A DNA stretch of 64,000 bases from Octopus vulgaris (GCA_951406725.2 OX597828.1:10912001-10976000); one strand, 5' to 3'; positions 1 through 12,828 are shown, counted from the first letter of the stretch. The notes: generated by a model from the sequence alone, not told the origin. Program-made: numbers and translations.

Positions 1-45
1 ACGAACAGTTGTAAAAATGACAACAGCAACAGGAGCAAACAGTGA

Positions 46-280
<235 letters not shown>

Positions 281-339
281 AAGAACAAACAACGCTTTAC
301 CGTAAACCTCACAAATAGGGGATCAGATGCTACCATAAG

Positions 340-1260
340 TATGGAAACTAATAAGAGAAGAGAAGACTCGGGCCAGCCTGACTGTACCATCAGAGGCAAT
401 TGAAGGAGTGGAGAGAAGAACAGTGCTTTTCAGATGCATCTCAGCAGACACGAAAACTGGGGTTTAATAGCCTAAGTAAACATTGAGGTTGCGCAGAGTT
501 GCATCAGAAATGACATCGAATACATATCGAGGAGCAAAGAATACGGCACCATTTCGGTGCTGTTTAAGTCAGAGGTCCGTGCTGTGAAACATTCAATGAC
601 ACCTGCAAAACCACCAAAGTAATCATGTGCCCCTCCTACATGGGGAAACGTACAGCCCGTTTCCGCATTCTTAGAATCCCACCAGTGCTAGATATTTGGT
701 GGCTTCTGGGACGTTTAATCGTGGAGGGGACGGATACTATCCCGATACAGGCAACAAGAAATGCCAGAGAGGTCTGGGCCAGGGTTGACCTGCAGATACT
801 TCTCCAGATCCAATCCGAAAGCATAAAAGAACGGGACGGTGATACATATCATAACCGAGGGCAAAATGCCACATTGTTTCACGTGTTGAGAAACGACTCA
901 TTTGCGAGCTCACTGCACCCAACTGGTACAAAGTGCAAGGGGTCAAAGGCCTTCACTGCTGCCTACGCCGGAACGAGAAACACAAACAACACCAGCACGG
1001 CAAAATCACCAGCAACAACACCAAAGAAATTAACCATCCTAGTGGAAAAGAAGGAAAGCTCTCCCAATCCCACCATACACCAAACAAAAATTCATACATA
1101 AACGTGATTATAAACATACACACAGACAAAGACACATTTACAGCAATAGATCCTTCATCTTCCTGTAATGAAATGATGGAAAAGCAAAATATAATAAAGC
1201 CCCCACAAAAAATCTCCACAAAGCATAACAATACCCATATTAAAAACGTCTCCCCAACAG
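340..1260 (+). pseudogene. Decayed non-LTR retrotransposon ORF1 (gag-like, L1/Tx1-type) with CCHC zinc knuckle
   Basis: 875-916 reads C-F-T-C-*-E-T-T-H-L-R-A-H-C (C-x2-C-x4-H-x4-C with a stop inside). A degenerate second knuckle follows (TKCKGSKAFTAAY). Upstream RRM-like segments include IEYISRSKEYGTISVLFKSE and PSYMGKRTARFRILRIPP. Frameshifts and stops are present. Confidence 0.6.
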
Positions 1261-1496
1261 CAGACGAAATACCTATTTCTTTACTACCCATAAGGGGCTA
1301 AACACAAAGGGGACAAACAAACGGATTAAGTCGATTATATCGACCGCAGTGCGTAACTGGTACTTATTTAATCGACCCCGAAAGGATGAAAGGCAAAGTC
1401 GACCTCGGCGGAATTTGAACGCAGAATGTAACGGCAGACGAAATGCGGCTAGGCATTTCGCCTGGCGTGCTAACGTTTCTGCCAGCTCGCCGCCTT
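1258..1496 (-). mobile_element. SINE family A (tRNA-like head), one unit plus start of a second
   Basis: Reverse complement begins ggcggcgagctggcagaaacgttagc, has B-box gttcaaattcc and core gtcgactttgcctttcatcctttcggggtcgat. Confidence 0.85.
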
Positions 1497-1559
1497 AAAA
1501 GCCGTATAAATATTATCATCAAAAGACCAAGGTTGACAATATTTCAGAGGGAAAGACAG

Positions 1560-1890
1560 CAAGCATTGTAGCAGCAGCAGTAGTAGTGGTAGCAGCAGCA
1601 GCAGCAGCAATAGCAACAGCAGTGGCAGCAATGACAGAGCATCAACAAAATAAGAGTGGCAATAAAAGCAATACTGACAACAATATCAGTAACAACAGCA
1701 ACAAAAACAACAAAAGCGACTGCGAAGATGACGATGACGATTATAGAAGCAGTAAAAATAAAAAGAAAGTGAAAGGAGTAACAGTGACAATAACAATAAC
1801 AAACACGGCAATAGTAAAACAACAACAACAACAATAGCCTCAAAATAACAACAAAGACAATAGAAGCAAGAACAAAAACAACCACAACTT
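1560..1890. repeat. Degenerate (CAG)/(AAC)/(GAC) low-complexity tract
   Basis: Direct reading. Confidence 0.8.
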
Positions 1891-2520
1891 GACTTCGTCT
1901 CCTGATTTGAAGAAACTTTTTTCAATTATTCTTTATAAGTAAAACCAAATGAAGAATATCTTACAGGAGACTTGATACGTTATCTAATGTCCACTGTTGA
2001 GAAGGTGTCTCATTTTATTACGTATATTTTTTTTTATAAAAGTATTATCTAGATTTTAGCGGATTAGAAGCAGATAAAGACGAGACTTATCTAAGTCTGA
2101 AATGTGTCGAGTAGTTTTGAGTAGAGTCACCAAAGTTGGTGAAGGTATTACGGGAGAACGACCTTGTTGAAACAAGCTTAACTCGGAATTGCAATATAGT
2201 TTGTCGTATAATGAGAAATTTTTATAAAAAAAAAAATTTCACAGACGGAAAAGTGAATTATATAGTAAGATCGACAGAAAAACAGTGATAAATAGATGAG
2301 GGGAGGAGCAGGCGTTAGCTGTGCACGTAAGAAGTTTGGTTTGAAACCACATAGTTTCGTTTCGCCAGCACAGCGTAACCCCGTTTGTTTGTCCGGGGTC
2401 TGTCGTATCTCAAGGCCGATCAAAGCCCAGGAAATGGGATTAGTAGAGGCAAACTGGCAGAAGTCCGTCATGCATCAATTTATCTATTCAATTATTTACA
2501 TGTATGTATATATATATATA

Positions 2521-2724
2521 TGTGACCGCGTGTGTATCGTTGGCGATTTTCTTTCTCCGTATTCCCTTCCTGTGACCTTTGCTTTTTTATTTTTCTGACG
2601 TAAGAGCTCCGCTCGAAACGCCAAATCCTCCTTCTTTCCTTCTTTTCCTGAGTGTCCAATAACACCATACTCGTTCCACGTCCTCGCGTTGTTGTGTTTT
2701 CTCTTTGTTCATGTTTGGAGTAAC
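2521..2724 (+). mobile_element. ~205-bp element between (TA)n tracts with a degenerate minimal hammerhead (Penelope-like pLTR-type)
   Basis: Homologous to 13226-13440(-). 2595-2622 reads ctgacg(t)a-agagc-tcc-gctc-gaaac-gcc. Confidence 0.7.
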
Positions 2725-3640
2725 TATATATATGTATGCATTCATTCACGAAACTACATATGTTTGAGTGTTCGCTTCTCCTTGAATTAGCATCGCGTGA
2801 TTCATGTAAACGATTGTCGTTCATTTCCAATACTCTGCGTAAACATGTCTTGTTCGGGAACAAGTCAGGGCATCCGTCTGTACAATATATAACCCATTAA
2901 TATCTGTTTATCCCACCCAAGCATAGAAAACTAGAGAGTAAATCAAAGATGGTAGCAGTGATATGCGTGTATGTTTGTTCGTGCGAGTGTGTGCGTGTGT
3001 GTGGAAAAGGAACTGGAGAAGTGTTTTTTTTTGTCTTTGTCAAGTTAATCAAGATATTTTTACAATGATATATGCATTTATTTAACACCCAATATATATC
3101 TCCGTTCTACGTTGAAAGTGAGTACCAGAAGTATCTACGATTCAATGCCGTGAGCGAATGAGTGGGGAACTTGAATTCTCAATCGCTTCAACGGCTCACA
3201 AACCGGGATGTTCTGGTCTCGCTCTTCAGACTGAGATCTCGACTCAATCCTTTAACATTAGAAACTACGTGCACATGCTCACACATGGACACGTTAACGC
3301 ACACACACACACACATACACACATGCATGCTCACGCGCGCGTGAGTGTAAGACTAGTGTTTTGATTGAAAGTTGGCTATTTTTCGTGAGTAAAGAAAAAA
3401 GGAAGTGAAGAAGTGATTTTTTATTTCTGAGTCAAGTTAGGGGATTTTTACAATGAAATATACACTTATTTAATACCTAAATTTTTTCTTCTCTCTGTAT
3501 CAATAAATAGATTGTTGCTACCTGCTTGGGCTTCATTAGTTGAATAACGGTCAGTCAAATCATTACCATATTTAGAAGCAATATATTCGGGGGGTGTTCA
3601 TGTTACTGTCTTCATTCTCAAACAAGTTTTTTATTTTAGT

Positions 3641-3977
3641 ACTCCGTCGGTTACGACGACGAGGGTACCAGCTGATACGATCAACGGAACAGCTTGCTCG
3701 TGAAATTAACGTGCAAGTGACTGAGCAATCCACAGACATGTGTACCCCTAACATATTTCTCAGGGACGTGTAACTCTAACGTAGTTCTCAGCGCGACACA
3801 AAGTGTGTCAAGGCCGGCTCTTTGAAATACAGGTATAACTCATTTTTACCAGCTGAGTGGACAGCAGTAACGTGAAATAAAGTGTCTTGCTCAAGGACAT
3901 AACTTGTCGCCGGGAATTGAACTCACGACCTTACAACCGTGAGTCGAATGCCCTAACCACTAAGCCACGCGCCTTCA
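3641..3977 (-). mobile_element. SINE family C (tRNA-like head)
   Basis: Head ggcgcgtggcttagtggttaggg with A box and B box (gttcaattcc). The 3' half is shared with 43607-43994. Confidence 0.85.
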
Positions 3978-4450
3978 CTCTCAAATATATAAAAGTAGAG
4001 TAGAAGGGAAAATGAGAGAGCCATGCATGTTGGACACTGGAAGACAGTGATAAAAATGATCTTATAATCATCAACTCATATCAATATGCTAAGATCAACA
4101 AGTCAGGTTTTAAACTTTAAATTCAGTTGGTATAGACATTATACGGTTTTCCCATTTTCTCTTGATATCAGTAGTGCTAAGTTTTTGTGTTTCCTGAAGA
4201 CAAGCTTGATGCTCAACCGTCCCATCACAATGTTATTCCTGTGTAGAACCATCGACAATTTATCACTTTATTCCACACACCATGTGCTTCATCTTGTGTT
4301 TGAATTCCTATCAGTCTCTCACAATCATTACTTACAGAGATTGAATGTCTATCTAACTACACTTGCTTCAAATATTAGAATTTTGTACGACTAGTCCTAA
4401 TCATAGGTATATATAAATTAATCCCTCAGTATTTACATATAACCATACAT

Positions 4451-4461
4451 GTGTGTGCGTA

Positions 4462-4531
<70 letters not shown>
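4451..4531. repeat. (TG)n microsatellite
   Basis: Direct reading. Confidence 0.97.
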
Positions 4532-4536
<5 letters not shown>

Positions 4537-4704
4537 GCAGATAAATGATCTGATGTATTTATTCTATCGCAATATCAATCATTCGCGAAGCAAAGTGATT
4601 TTTGTATATAAACGGCCTATAACTAGAATATGTCACAGTCATTCACAGACACGCACAGAGACATACATTCACAAAACACAAAGCTATTATATTTCTCTCA
4701 ATTT

Positions 4705-4721
4705 ATCTACCTGCCTATCTA

Positions 4722-4791
<70 letters not shown>

Positions 4792-4798
4792 CATGTGA

Positions 4799-4892
<94 letters not shown>
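4705..4892. repeat. (TATC)n-(TA)n-(GATA)n compound microsatellite, self-complementary
   Basis: Direct reading. Confidence 0.95.
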
Positions 4893-6371
4893 GGACATAT
4901 ACATATATACATACACAGATACGTTTGCATATATAAATATGAATACTCTCTTTCCCTCTTTCTCTTTCCCCTCATACACACAAAGACACACACATACACA
5001 CACACACATATATATATGCGTATGTATACGTTTTTATATATGTACGTATGTCTGATTTCCAAAACCGGTAAAATATTTTAATGGCCTTGCATTTAAAATT
5101 AAGGTGAGAACAAGCATCTCCAACTCTGGGATATTTCAAATCAACCTCATCACATATGAAGCTCCACAGACAATAGTCCGACCAATGGATTTGAAGGGGC
5201 CACTAAAACTATTAACTCGACTGAAAGGGAAATTTAAGCATTACATTGTTTTCAAGTTCTAAATTACACAACTCACGTAATTTCTATTTCACAGTGAACA
5301 CATTCGATACCAACTATTGTTCTTGGTTAGTCATGAACTATTTGCTAAATATTCAAGACTGAAAGATAAAAACATTCAGGAAGAACTCTAGCCACAAAGG
5401 CGGAAAAGATAGTGAAAGAGAAAAACAAATATGACAAGAGAGAAATAGAAACGTGAGGGAGTGAGGGAGAAGAAAATGTCTGCTGCAAATACAAAAATTC
5501 GACAGAAGACGGTGACATCTTAGAAGACAATTTCCTAGATGGTTTCTAACAAAAGAATTGTGAGGACATTTTAACAAATTCCCAAATCTGAAGAACAATA
5601 AGTAAATTGCCTTGTGGTATTTAGTCACTGTTGTTTACGATGCGCGTTCAAATCCCTTCGGGGACGATAACGTATGTAATGAGTCATAAAGTTTGAGTAA
5701 TATTTCTATGATGCATTATAGATGAGAATGAAAATTTTAGTTGAAGATTAAATCTCAAAAAATATACGAGTAAATTTTATGAGTTAAACCAACATTCAAA
5801 TATGTTGTTGCGAATTGACAAGCACATTGGACAACTGGGACGCCACTGAAATATTTTTGTTGTGCATCCTCAGGTAAACCTTGAGTAAATGTATTAAGGT
5901 AGGAATCTCAGGCAAGAAAAATCTGTCTTTTTATCAGTGAAAGTGTATCATGGATTGTTATCCAATATTTCATTTCTTGTTATAAACGACAGAATGTGAT
6001 CTGAGGAATATTTTACAAGTATTTCCAGTAGGCTGACTGAACATGTAGAAGCATTTCCACTGGTTCATTAAATTCTTTTTTACTTGTATAAAACCACACA
6101 CGTCACAATCTAAAATCTTTATTCTCCAGCTTTTCAAACTCACTGAACACACGTCTAATTCAGGGGGATGCTACAGCTACTGGCATGCAGTGTCTGCTGA
6201 CAGCTAAGTGGAGTGAAGCATTCGAGAACTGGCTTCGTTACACACGCACACATTCATATTTACGCTTTGCTTGGCCTATATTACAATACAAACTATAGAC
6301 TCACAACAACATAAATGCACGCATACACACGCACGCACATACATTGTTTCTCTCCTTACCTCATAGCATCA

Positions 6372-7163
6372 TATTTCTTTATTGCCCACAAGGGGCTAAA
6401 CATAGAGGGCACAAACAAGGACGGATAAACGGATTAAGTAGATTACATCGACACAAGTGCGTCACTAGTACTTAATTTATCGACCCCGAAAGGATGAAAG
6501 GCATATTCGAACTTGGCGAAATTTGAACTCAGAATGTAACGGCAGACGAAATACCTATTTCTGTACCTGTTTCTTTATTACACACAAGGGACTAAACATA
6601 GAGGGGACAAATAGGGACAGACAAACGGATTAAGTCGATTACATCGACACCAGTGCGTAACTGATATTTATTTAATCGACCCCGAAATGAAAGGCAAAGT
6701 CGACGTCGGCAGAATTTGAACTCTGAACGTAACGGCAGACGAAAAACCTATTTCTTTACTACCCACAAGGGGCTAAACACAGAGTGGACAAACAAGGACA
6801 GACAAACGGATTATGTAGATTACGTCGACCCCAGTGCGTAACTGGTAGTTATTTAATCGACCCCGAAAGGATGAAAGGCAAAATCGACCTCGGCGGAATT
6901 TGAACTCAGAGCGTAAAGACGGACGAAATACCTATTTCTTTACTACCCACAAGAGGCTAAACACAGAGAGGACAAACAAGGACAGACACATGGATTAAGT
7001 CGATTATATCGACCTCAGTGCGTAACTGGTACTTATTTAATCGACCCGAAAGGATGAAAGGCAAAGTCGACCTCGGCGGAATTTGAACTCAGAACGTAAC
7101 GCCAGACGAAATACTGCTATGCATTTCGCCCGGCGTGCTAACGTTTCTGCCAGCTCGCCGCCT
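6372..7163 (-). mobile_element. SINE family A tetramer (one head plus four ~185-bp units)
   Basis: Four tandem copies of the atcgaccccgaaaggatgaaaggc unit joined at gacgaaatacctatttc. A single head lies at ~7120-7163. The array is flanked by the direct repeat ccttacctca. Confidence 0.9.
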
Positions 7164-7852
7164 TACCTCACATCCTCTGTGTGTCTATCAAGCCCAAGAT
7201 TTATTCTTATGCCTGTTCTACTCGTTAAGCTATGAAACTGACTGTAACCGCGTAGTCCATTAGATCAACAGCAAAACTTTCCTTTTATTGATTGGTACGT
7301 GTATTATCTAACTGGGAAGTATGAAATTACAAGTAATTTGGTCAGGAATCGAATTCAAACCATAAAGAGACATACAATGTATCTCGTTCAAGACTCTAGC
7401 GATTCGGTCTTCCATATGTTTGTATTTTTAAAAAATAAGATTCATGTTTATAGTGTTTCTGCAAATGTACTGCGTCATTGATAATTGATTAGAATAATGG
7501 AGTAGATGTTATCTTTTATTTAGACGAAACATCTTTGTGAGCTGGATTCACTGGAAAAGCACGACCGTCACTATAAACATTATATCTCTCCTAAAATAGA
7601 AAGTCTTGAAACCAATAAATAGATAGATACATAAATAAACAAATAAATAAAAATTGCCATAATATTCGAATGGAACTTTAAAGAGAAGTCCATTGTGAAT
7701 AGAAATCTTGAATCAACTGGCCCCTGGAATATATTCTACTTCATTTTTATTTCCTGAAATACAACTCTTTCTTTGGGGTCATAGGCTAAAAATGGGGACA
7801 TACGTAGCATCTAAATCATAAGCAGAGTCACAAATTTAGGTATACACCGTTC

Positions 7853-8268
7853 AGACCTTTTCGGTTTGAACGGCAGTTTTTTTCTAGCGGTGTCATATGA
7901 AATTGTCACCCATAATTATGACTCTAATATCGATCTATTGCATTTCAATCTGTTTTAGGGTTAGGATTAGGGGTGGGGGAACGGTATCTTTTTTTCTTCA
8001 CAAATATAAATAAACCCAATCTGTTTCTTAGACGAGGGACATATTCATACGGCACAGAATGTTTTTTACCTCAATGGACGTCGGTGATTGTTTGAAATTG
8101 CAGAAATTGAAGAAGCAAAATAACAAATATCTTACAAACTATAGAATTTTCTCAATAAGCCAAGAGAAAAAGATGTTTTATAAACACATTCTACCAGGAT
8201 ACGAAGTTCAAAATTTTTTAGTTATCTAGAAATTATGTTAAAAACTGCGGTTCAAACCGAAAAGATCC
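7853..8268 (+). mobile_element. MITE with 29-bp TIR, 8-bp TSD and internal TTAGGG tract
   Basis: TIR consensus ggatcttttcggtttgaacggcagttttt; flanks caccgttc/tactgttc. Confidence 0.9.
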
Positions 8269-8748
8269 TACTGTTCTTATTTTCTTGTTTTAAAATATCA
8301 GATTCGTTGGTCGATCTGAATATTCTTCATTCAATTTTATCAGAGATTAGAAAGAATTTAGATTATTTCAATGTTTTATACCCAAAATGATTGTAAAGAA
8401 GATAGGAAGCATTAGTAATTATATAGCAACGCGAAATAACTCACATGAAAAACATTTACAGGGAACAATATACTGGAACTAAACAAGTAAATGATTTGTA
8501 TTTTAATATAATCATCAGAATAGGGGAAGCCTTGTATCTTAGTATTTCGCGAAATAGAATTTAATGAATAGAACACAAGACTTGATGTGTATTAACGAAT
8601 GTGGGGGAAAGAACTTTGAGAATTGATTTAGTTTGTCATCCATTTACAAACAAACCATACATATTATTATATTATATTATTGAAATTGCAAAATGGTGAT
8701 GAGTAGCAGCAATGACGAAGAGGTCACAGAAAATGTTTAACACCGTAA

Positions 8749-8835
8749 CACCTTGAGCAAGTATCTTCTACTACAGCCTCGGGCCCACCAAAAACCTTGT
8801 AAGTAGATTTGACAGAAACTGAAAGAAGCCCGACG

Positions 8836-8896
<61 letters not shown>

Positions 8897-9125
8897 ATGT
8901 GTGTGTGGCTTTATGTCTGTGTTTGACACCCACCACCGCTTGACAATCGGCGTTGGTTTGTTTCCGTCCCCGCAATTTAGTGGTACGATAAAAAGCGACC
9001 GATATAACAAGTCCCAGGCTTACAGAAACAAAAATGTTAAGTACCGAGGTCTCATTCAACCAAAGAGTGTTTCAAGGCGGTGCCCCAGCATGACCACACT
9101 CTAATGACTGAAACAGGCAAAACAC
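8749..9125 (+). mobile_element. SINE family B, 5'-truncated, internal (TA)(TG) microsatellite
   Basis: caccttgagcaagtatcttctactacagcctcggg...gaaagaagccc-(TA/TG)n-...atgactgaaaca. Confidence 0.8.
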
Positions 9126-9294
9126 AAAAAAAAAATATTTATTACATCCCTTTAGTTTCTGATATGAAATCCTCCCTAGATCTACAAATAACAACCAGCA
9201 CTATAGTTCGGTTACGATAACTATACATTTTCTCTTAATTCATGTCCTTGTGCTGAGTTAGAGGCCATTTTCTTTTAATACAAGGACATCTATA

Positions 9295-9570
9295 CGAGAG
9301 TAACCTGAGTAGTTCATAGGTTGGCTATGAAGGAGTGAGGCTAAAGCTATGAAGTCTTGCATGTATTAATTTCAACGCTTTAATATTAGCAAATGCTTTC
9401 TTACATACTTGGTAAACTGATATCTCACTGTTCAAAGAAGACCTTAAATGTAGCTAGTTGTGACTTCTCTTCAATATGGACAAAATTTGGCATCGTGTTG
9501 ATATCAAATATCTGCAGAAGAAAGGTGGAGCCTCCAAAGACATTTATACTGACATGGTTGCTACTTTAAG
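9295..9570 (+). pseudogene. mariner 5' end and transposase N-terminal fragment
   Basis: TA-CGAG terminus at 9293-9298. 9476-9568 translates MDKIWHRVDIKYLQKKGGASKDIYTDMVATL, resembling the mariner N-terminal HTH region. Confidence 0.55.
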
Positions 9571-9601
9571 CGTTCAGATATTATCAAAGATCATTTATGA
9601 T

Positions 9602-10023
9602 GGATCTTTTCGGTTTGAAGGGCAGTTTTTAGCATAATATCTAGGTAACTAAAAAATGTTAAACTTCGTATACTGGTAGAATGTGTTTATAAAACATCTT
9701 TTTCTCTTGGCTTTATTGAGAAGACTCTATAGTTTGTAAGATATTTGTTGCTTTTTTTCTTCAGTTTCTGCAATTTCAACCAATCACTGGCGTCTATTGA
9801 GGTAAAAACATTCTGTGCCGTATGAATATGTCCCTCGTTTAAGAAACAGATTGGGTTTATTTACATTTGTGAAGAAAAAAAGATACCCTTCCCCCCACCC
9901 CTAACCCTAACCCTAACCCTAAAACAGATTGAAATGCAATAGATCGATACTAGGGTCATAATTATGGGTGACAATTTCATATGACACCGCTAGAAAAAAT
10001 CTGCCGTTCAAACCGAAAGATCC
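9602..10023 (-). mobile_element. TTAGGG-containing MITE
   Basis: TIRs at both ends, perfect 8-bp TSD tttatgat, (CCCTAA)x4 at ~9899-9922. Confidence 0.93.
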
Positions 10024-10754
10024 TTTATGATTAACATACGTTCTAGTATAATTTTGAAACAGAGAAAAATCAAATGCCTCACTGTGAATCGAGCCACCAA
10101 ATTATTACTTGCAAAAGAAACAAGTTAGCAATCGTATTTATTTCCCCCCTTCAAATTAGATCCTATGAAGTTTTCTGGGAATTCCTTGCAATTTTGTACT
10201 TATAATCTCACTCATCAATTACATTAAAATCTTAGCAGTTAATCTATATCTGGAAAAGTCGCCAAGTCATAATTGACTTGTGGTGGCCGTGTGGAACACC
10301 TACAAGACTTTCTTGGCACATTATAGAAATAGTTTACAATAACGTCCATCCAAAGTTCAATCTGTACACATTACAGTTCAATTATTAATTAGATATTAGA
10401 TGAAACTGGGTTTCATCCCAGTTTCCTCAAGAAAATTTGTATCAGAAGCAACTCATCAAAACGTATATAGCAAAGAGGTGAATCAAAGTGGAATCGAACT
10501 CAGAACCCTCTGGCTTCCAATCAAACTTAACTACACCCTATTGCCTGTTCCTACGTTAGTTCATTCATTTTGCGCATAATTATGTAAAACACATTACGTA
10601 AATATACTTTATTTTAACTTTACTCTCTAAAAGTGTATCAGAGGTCGACTGCGTAAATGGTGTTATTTAGATTGTTGGTGATGTTGCTTAATATCTCCCA
10701 TGATAATGTTAATGAAGCGGACTTATAGCCGTAGGAATATCTGGTATTAACACA

Positions 10755-11140
10755 AGGCAGCGAGCTGGTAAAATCATTAGCGCGCCGGACGAAATATTCA
10801 GCGGTATTTCGTCTACGTTACATTCTGAGTTCAAATTCCGCCGAGGTCGACTTTGCCTTTCATACATTCGGGGTCGATAAATTAAGTACCACTTACTCAC
10901 TGGGGTTGATATAATTTACTTAATCTGTCTGTACTTGTTTGTCCTCTCTGTGTTTAGCCTCTTGTGGGTAGTAAAGAAGTAGGTATTTTGTCTGCCGTTA
11001 CATTCTGAGTTCAAATTCCGCCAAGGTCGACTTTGATTTTTTATCCTAGTGCAATCGATAAGATAAGAACTAATTGAATGCTGGGTTCAATGTAATCGAT
11101 TTACCCTTTTTCTCGAAATTGCTAGGCAGAATTTGAAACG
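10755..11140 (+). mobile_element. SINE family A dimer
   Basis: Head plus unit, junction aaagaagtaggtattttg, then a second unit with the alternative tail. Confidence 0.85.
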
Positions 11141-11626
11141 AGTATCTTGTGTGAGCGTTCATATCGATTATGTCTACAAAGAAATACACTGACAAATACA
11201 TCCTTGTGGGTTTTTTTCATGATCTCAGGTACAGCTCTAACAAGGTTTTATCAGCCTTGTTCATCTCCCCTAATGACCAATATAAACGCTACTGCCGCGT
11301 CACTGATATATCTGAAAATGAATTTGGCATGATTTAATTAGTTATCTATTTTTCTTCAACAAATTAAATCTCGATCACGCTTCGTTAACTAAAAAGTTCA
11401 CTTATTTTGCATTATAAAAAAAATATATAGAAGCATAATACGAGACACTTACAGACAAAAACGTAATAAAGGTTTAGTTGGCCGAAGCTTCAAGGTCACT
11501 GTTATATTCTTACTTCAGAGTAATATACTAGGACTCTACAAACGTATAGAGCAACCCATCAGATAAATATAAACCCGTTTTATTACGACTGATAAATGAG
11601 CATAAAACAAACATTATAAATATATA

Positions 11627-11757
11627 CTGGGTGTCCCAAAAAAATGTATACACATAGTGGTTCGGCAAAAGAGAACGATAGAATAAGTACTAGGCTTACA
11701 AAGAATAACAAATTTACAATTATTTAAGGTGTGTATACATTTTTTGGGGACACCCTG
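11627..11757. mobile_element. Small Tc1/mariner-type MITE containing a SINE-B fragment
   Basis: TA-ctgggtgtcccaaaaaaatgtatacaca...tgtgtatacattttttggggacaccctg-TA; 11655-11708 matches the SINE B tail. Confidence 0.8.
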
Positions 11758-11765
11758 TATATATC

Positions 11766-11813
<48 letters not shown>

Positions 11814-11814
11814 A

Positions 11815-12276
11815 TAGAAGATTTCTATTTGCAAATCTCTCAACGAGAGATATTCAGTAACAGTACCATAGAGTAAAGATTGTTTTCCAACATAACGTGA
11901 CAGTCAAATGTTACAGTTATTAAGCCCCAGGAAACATTGTCTCCTGCTGGCTATACAACACAATATCTGTGTGCCTATATTTTCTAACAAGGGTGTTTAG
12001 GATCACCAATCAGCACAGAATAATATCCGTGTATCGTGATTTCTGGATCATTTCCCTTCATCAGCACAGAATAACTGTTCGCTTAGAGATGACGCTGCTA
12101 AATTGTTCGAAATATATAGTTTTCAAAGTGACACAGAGTCATTGATTTAATAAACTAGAAAATATCTATTTGCAAATCTTTCAAAGATATATTCATTTAC
12201 AGTACTCTAGAGTAAAACCTCTTTGCCAACATAACGTGGCAGTCGAATGTTACTGTTATTTAGCCTCACGAAGCAT
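11815..12276 (-). mobile_element. Partial tandem element (period ~340 bp) enclosing a hammerhead
   Basis: 11815-11937 and 12156-12276 are diverged direct repeats with a hammerhead between them. Confidence 0.65.
12026..12070 (-). ncRNA. Minimal type I hammerhead ribozyme motif
   Basis: tctgtg-CTGATGA-agggaaatgatcca-GAAA-t-cacg-ATA^-cacgga. Stem I is 6 bp; the stem II closing pair is damaged. Confidence 0.7.
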
Positions 12277-12504
12277 CCTCAGCAAGCAAAATGTCCATAA
12301 ATAGCAAATACAAAATTTTATAATTATTTTATAAGTATAATAGGGCACATGATGTACCAGCACTGTTGTGAAAATAAGAGTAAAAAAATCACTAAAAAAA
12401 TACCAATCAATCGAAATATGACAAGCACTATAGAAAGCGGACTACGACCAAAGAAATTAACTTAGCATTTCGACAAAAAGCCATAGAATGAGGTAATAGA
12501 TATT

Positions 12505-12562
12505 CCTGGATCAATTGATTTCGAATTTTCGAAGCTTATCTCCCTTAATTCTCATCAGCAGA
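12505..12562 (-). ncRNA. Minimal type I hammerhead ribozyme motif
   Basis: tctg-CTGATGA-gaatt...aattc-GAAA-t-caattg-ATC^-cagg. Intact core and palindromic stem III (tcaattga). Confidence 0.78.
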
Positions 12563-12679
12563 TCTCCCTATAAACCTAGAGTTAAAAACATTGCTGATTT
12601 TGCTGTGATTGGTAACAGTTGAAAAGCTAGCGCTAAATTCAAAAACGGTGCCAATGTATAAAATTACTAAATGATAAAT

Positions 12680-12715
12680 ATATATACATATGCACACACA
12701 CACACACACACACAC

Positions 12716-12751
<36 letters not shown>

Positions 12752-12828
12752 ACGTATGTATGTGTGTATGTGTGTCAGTGCGTGTTTGAAAAAAAAAATA
12801 TATATATATATGTATATATATATGTATG

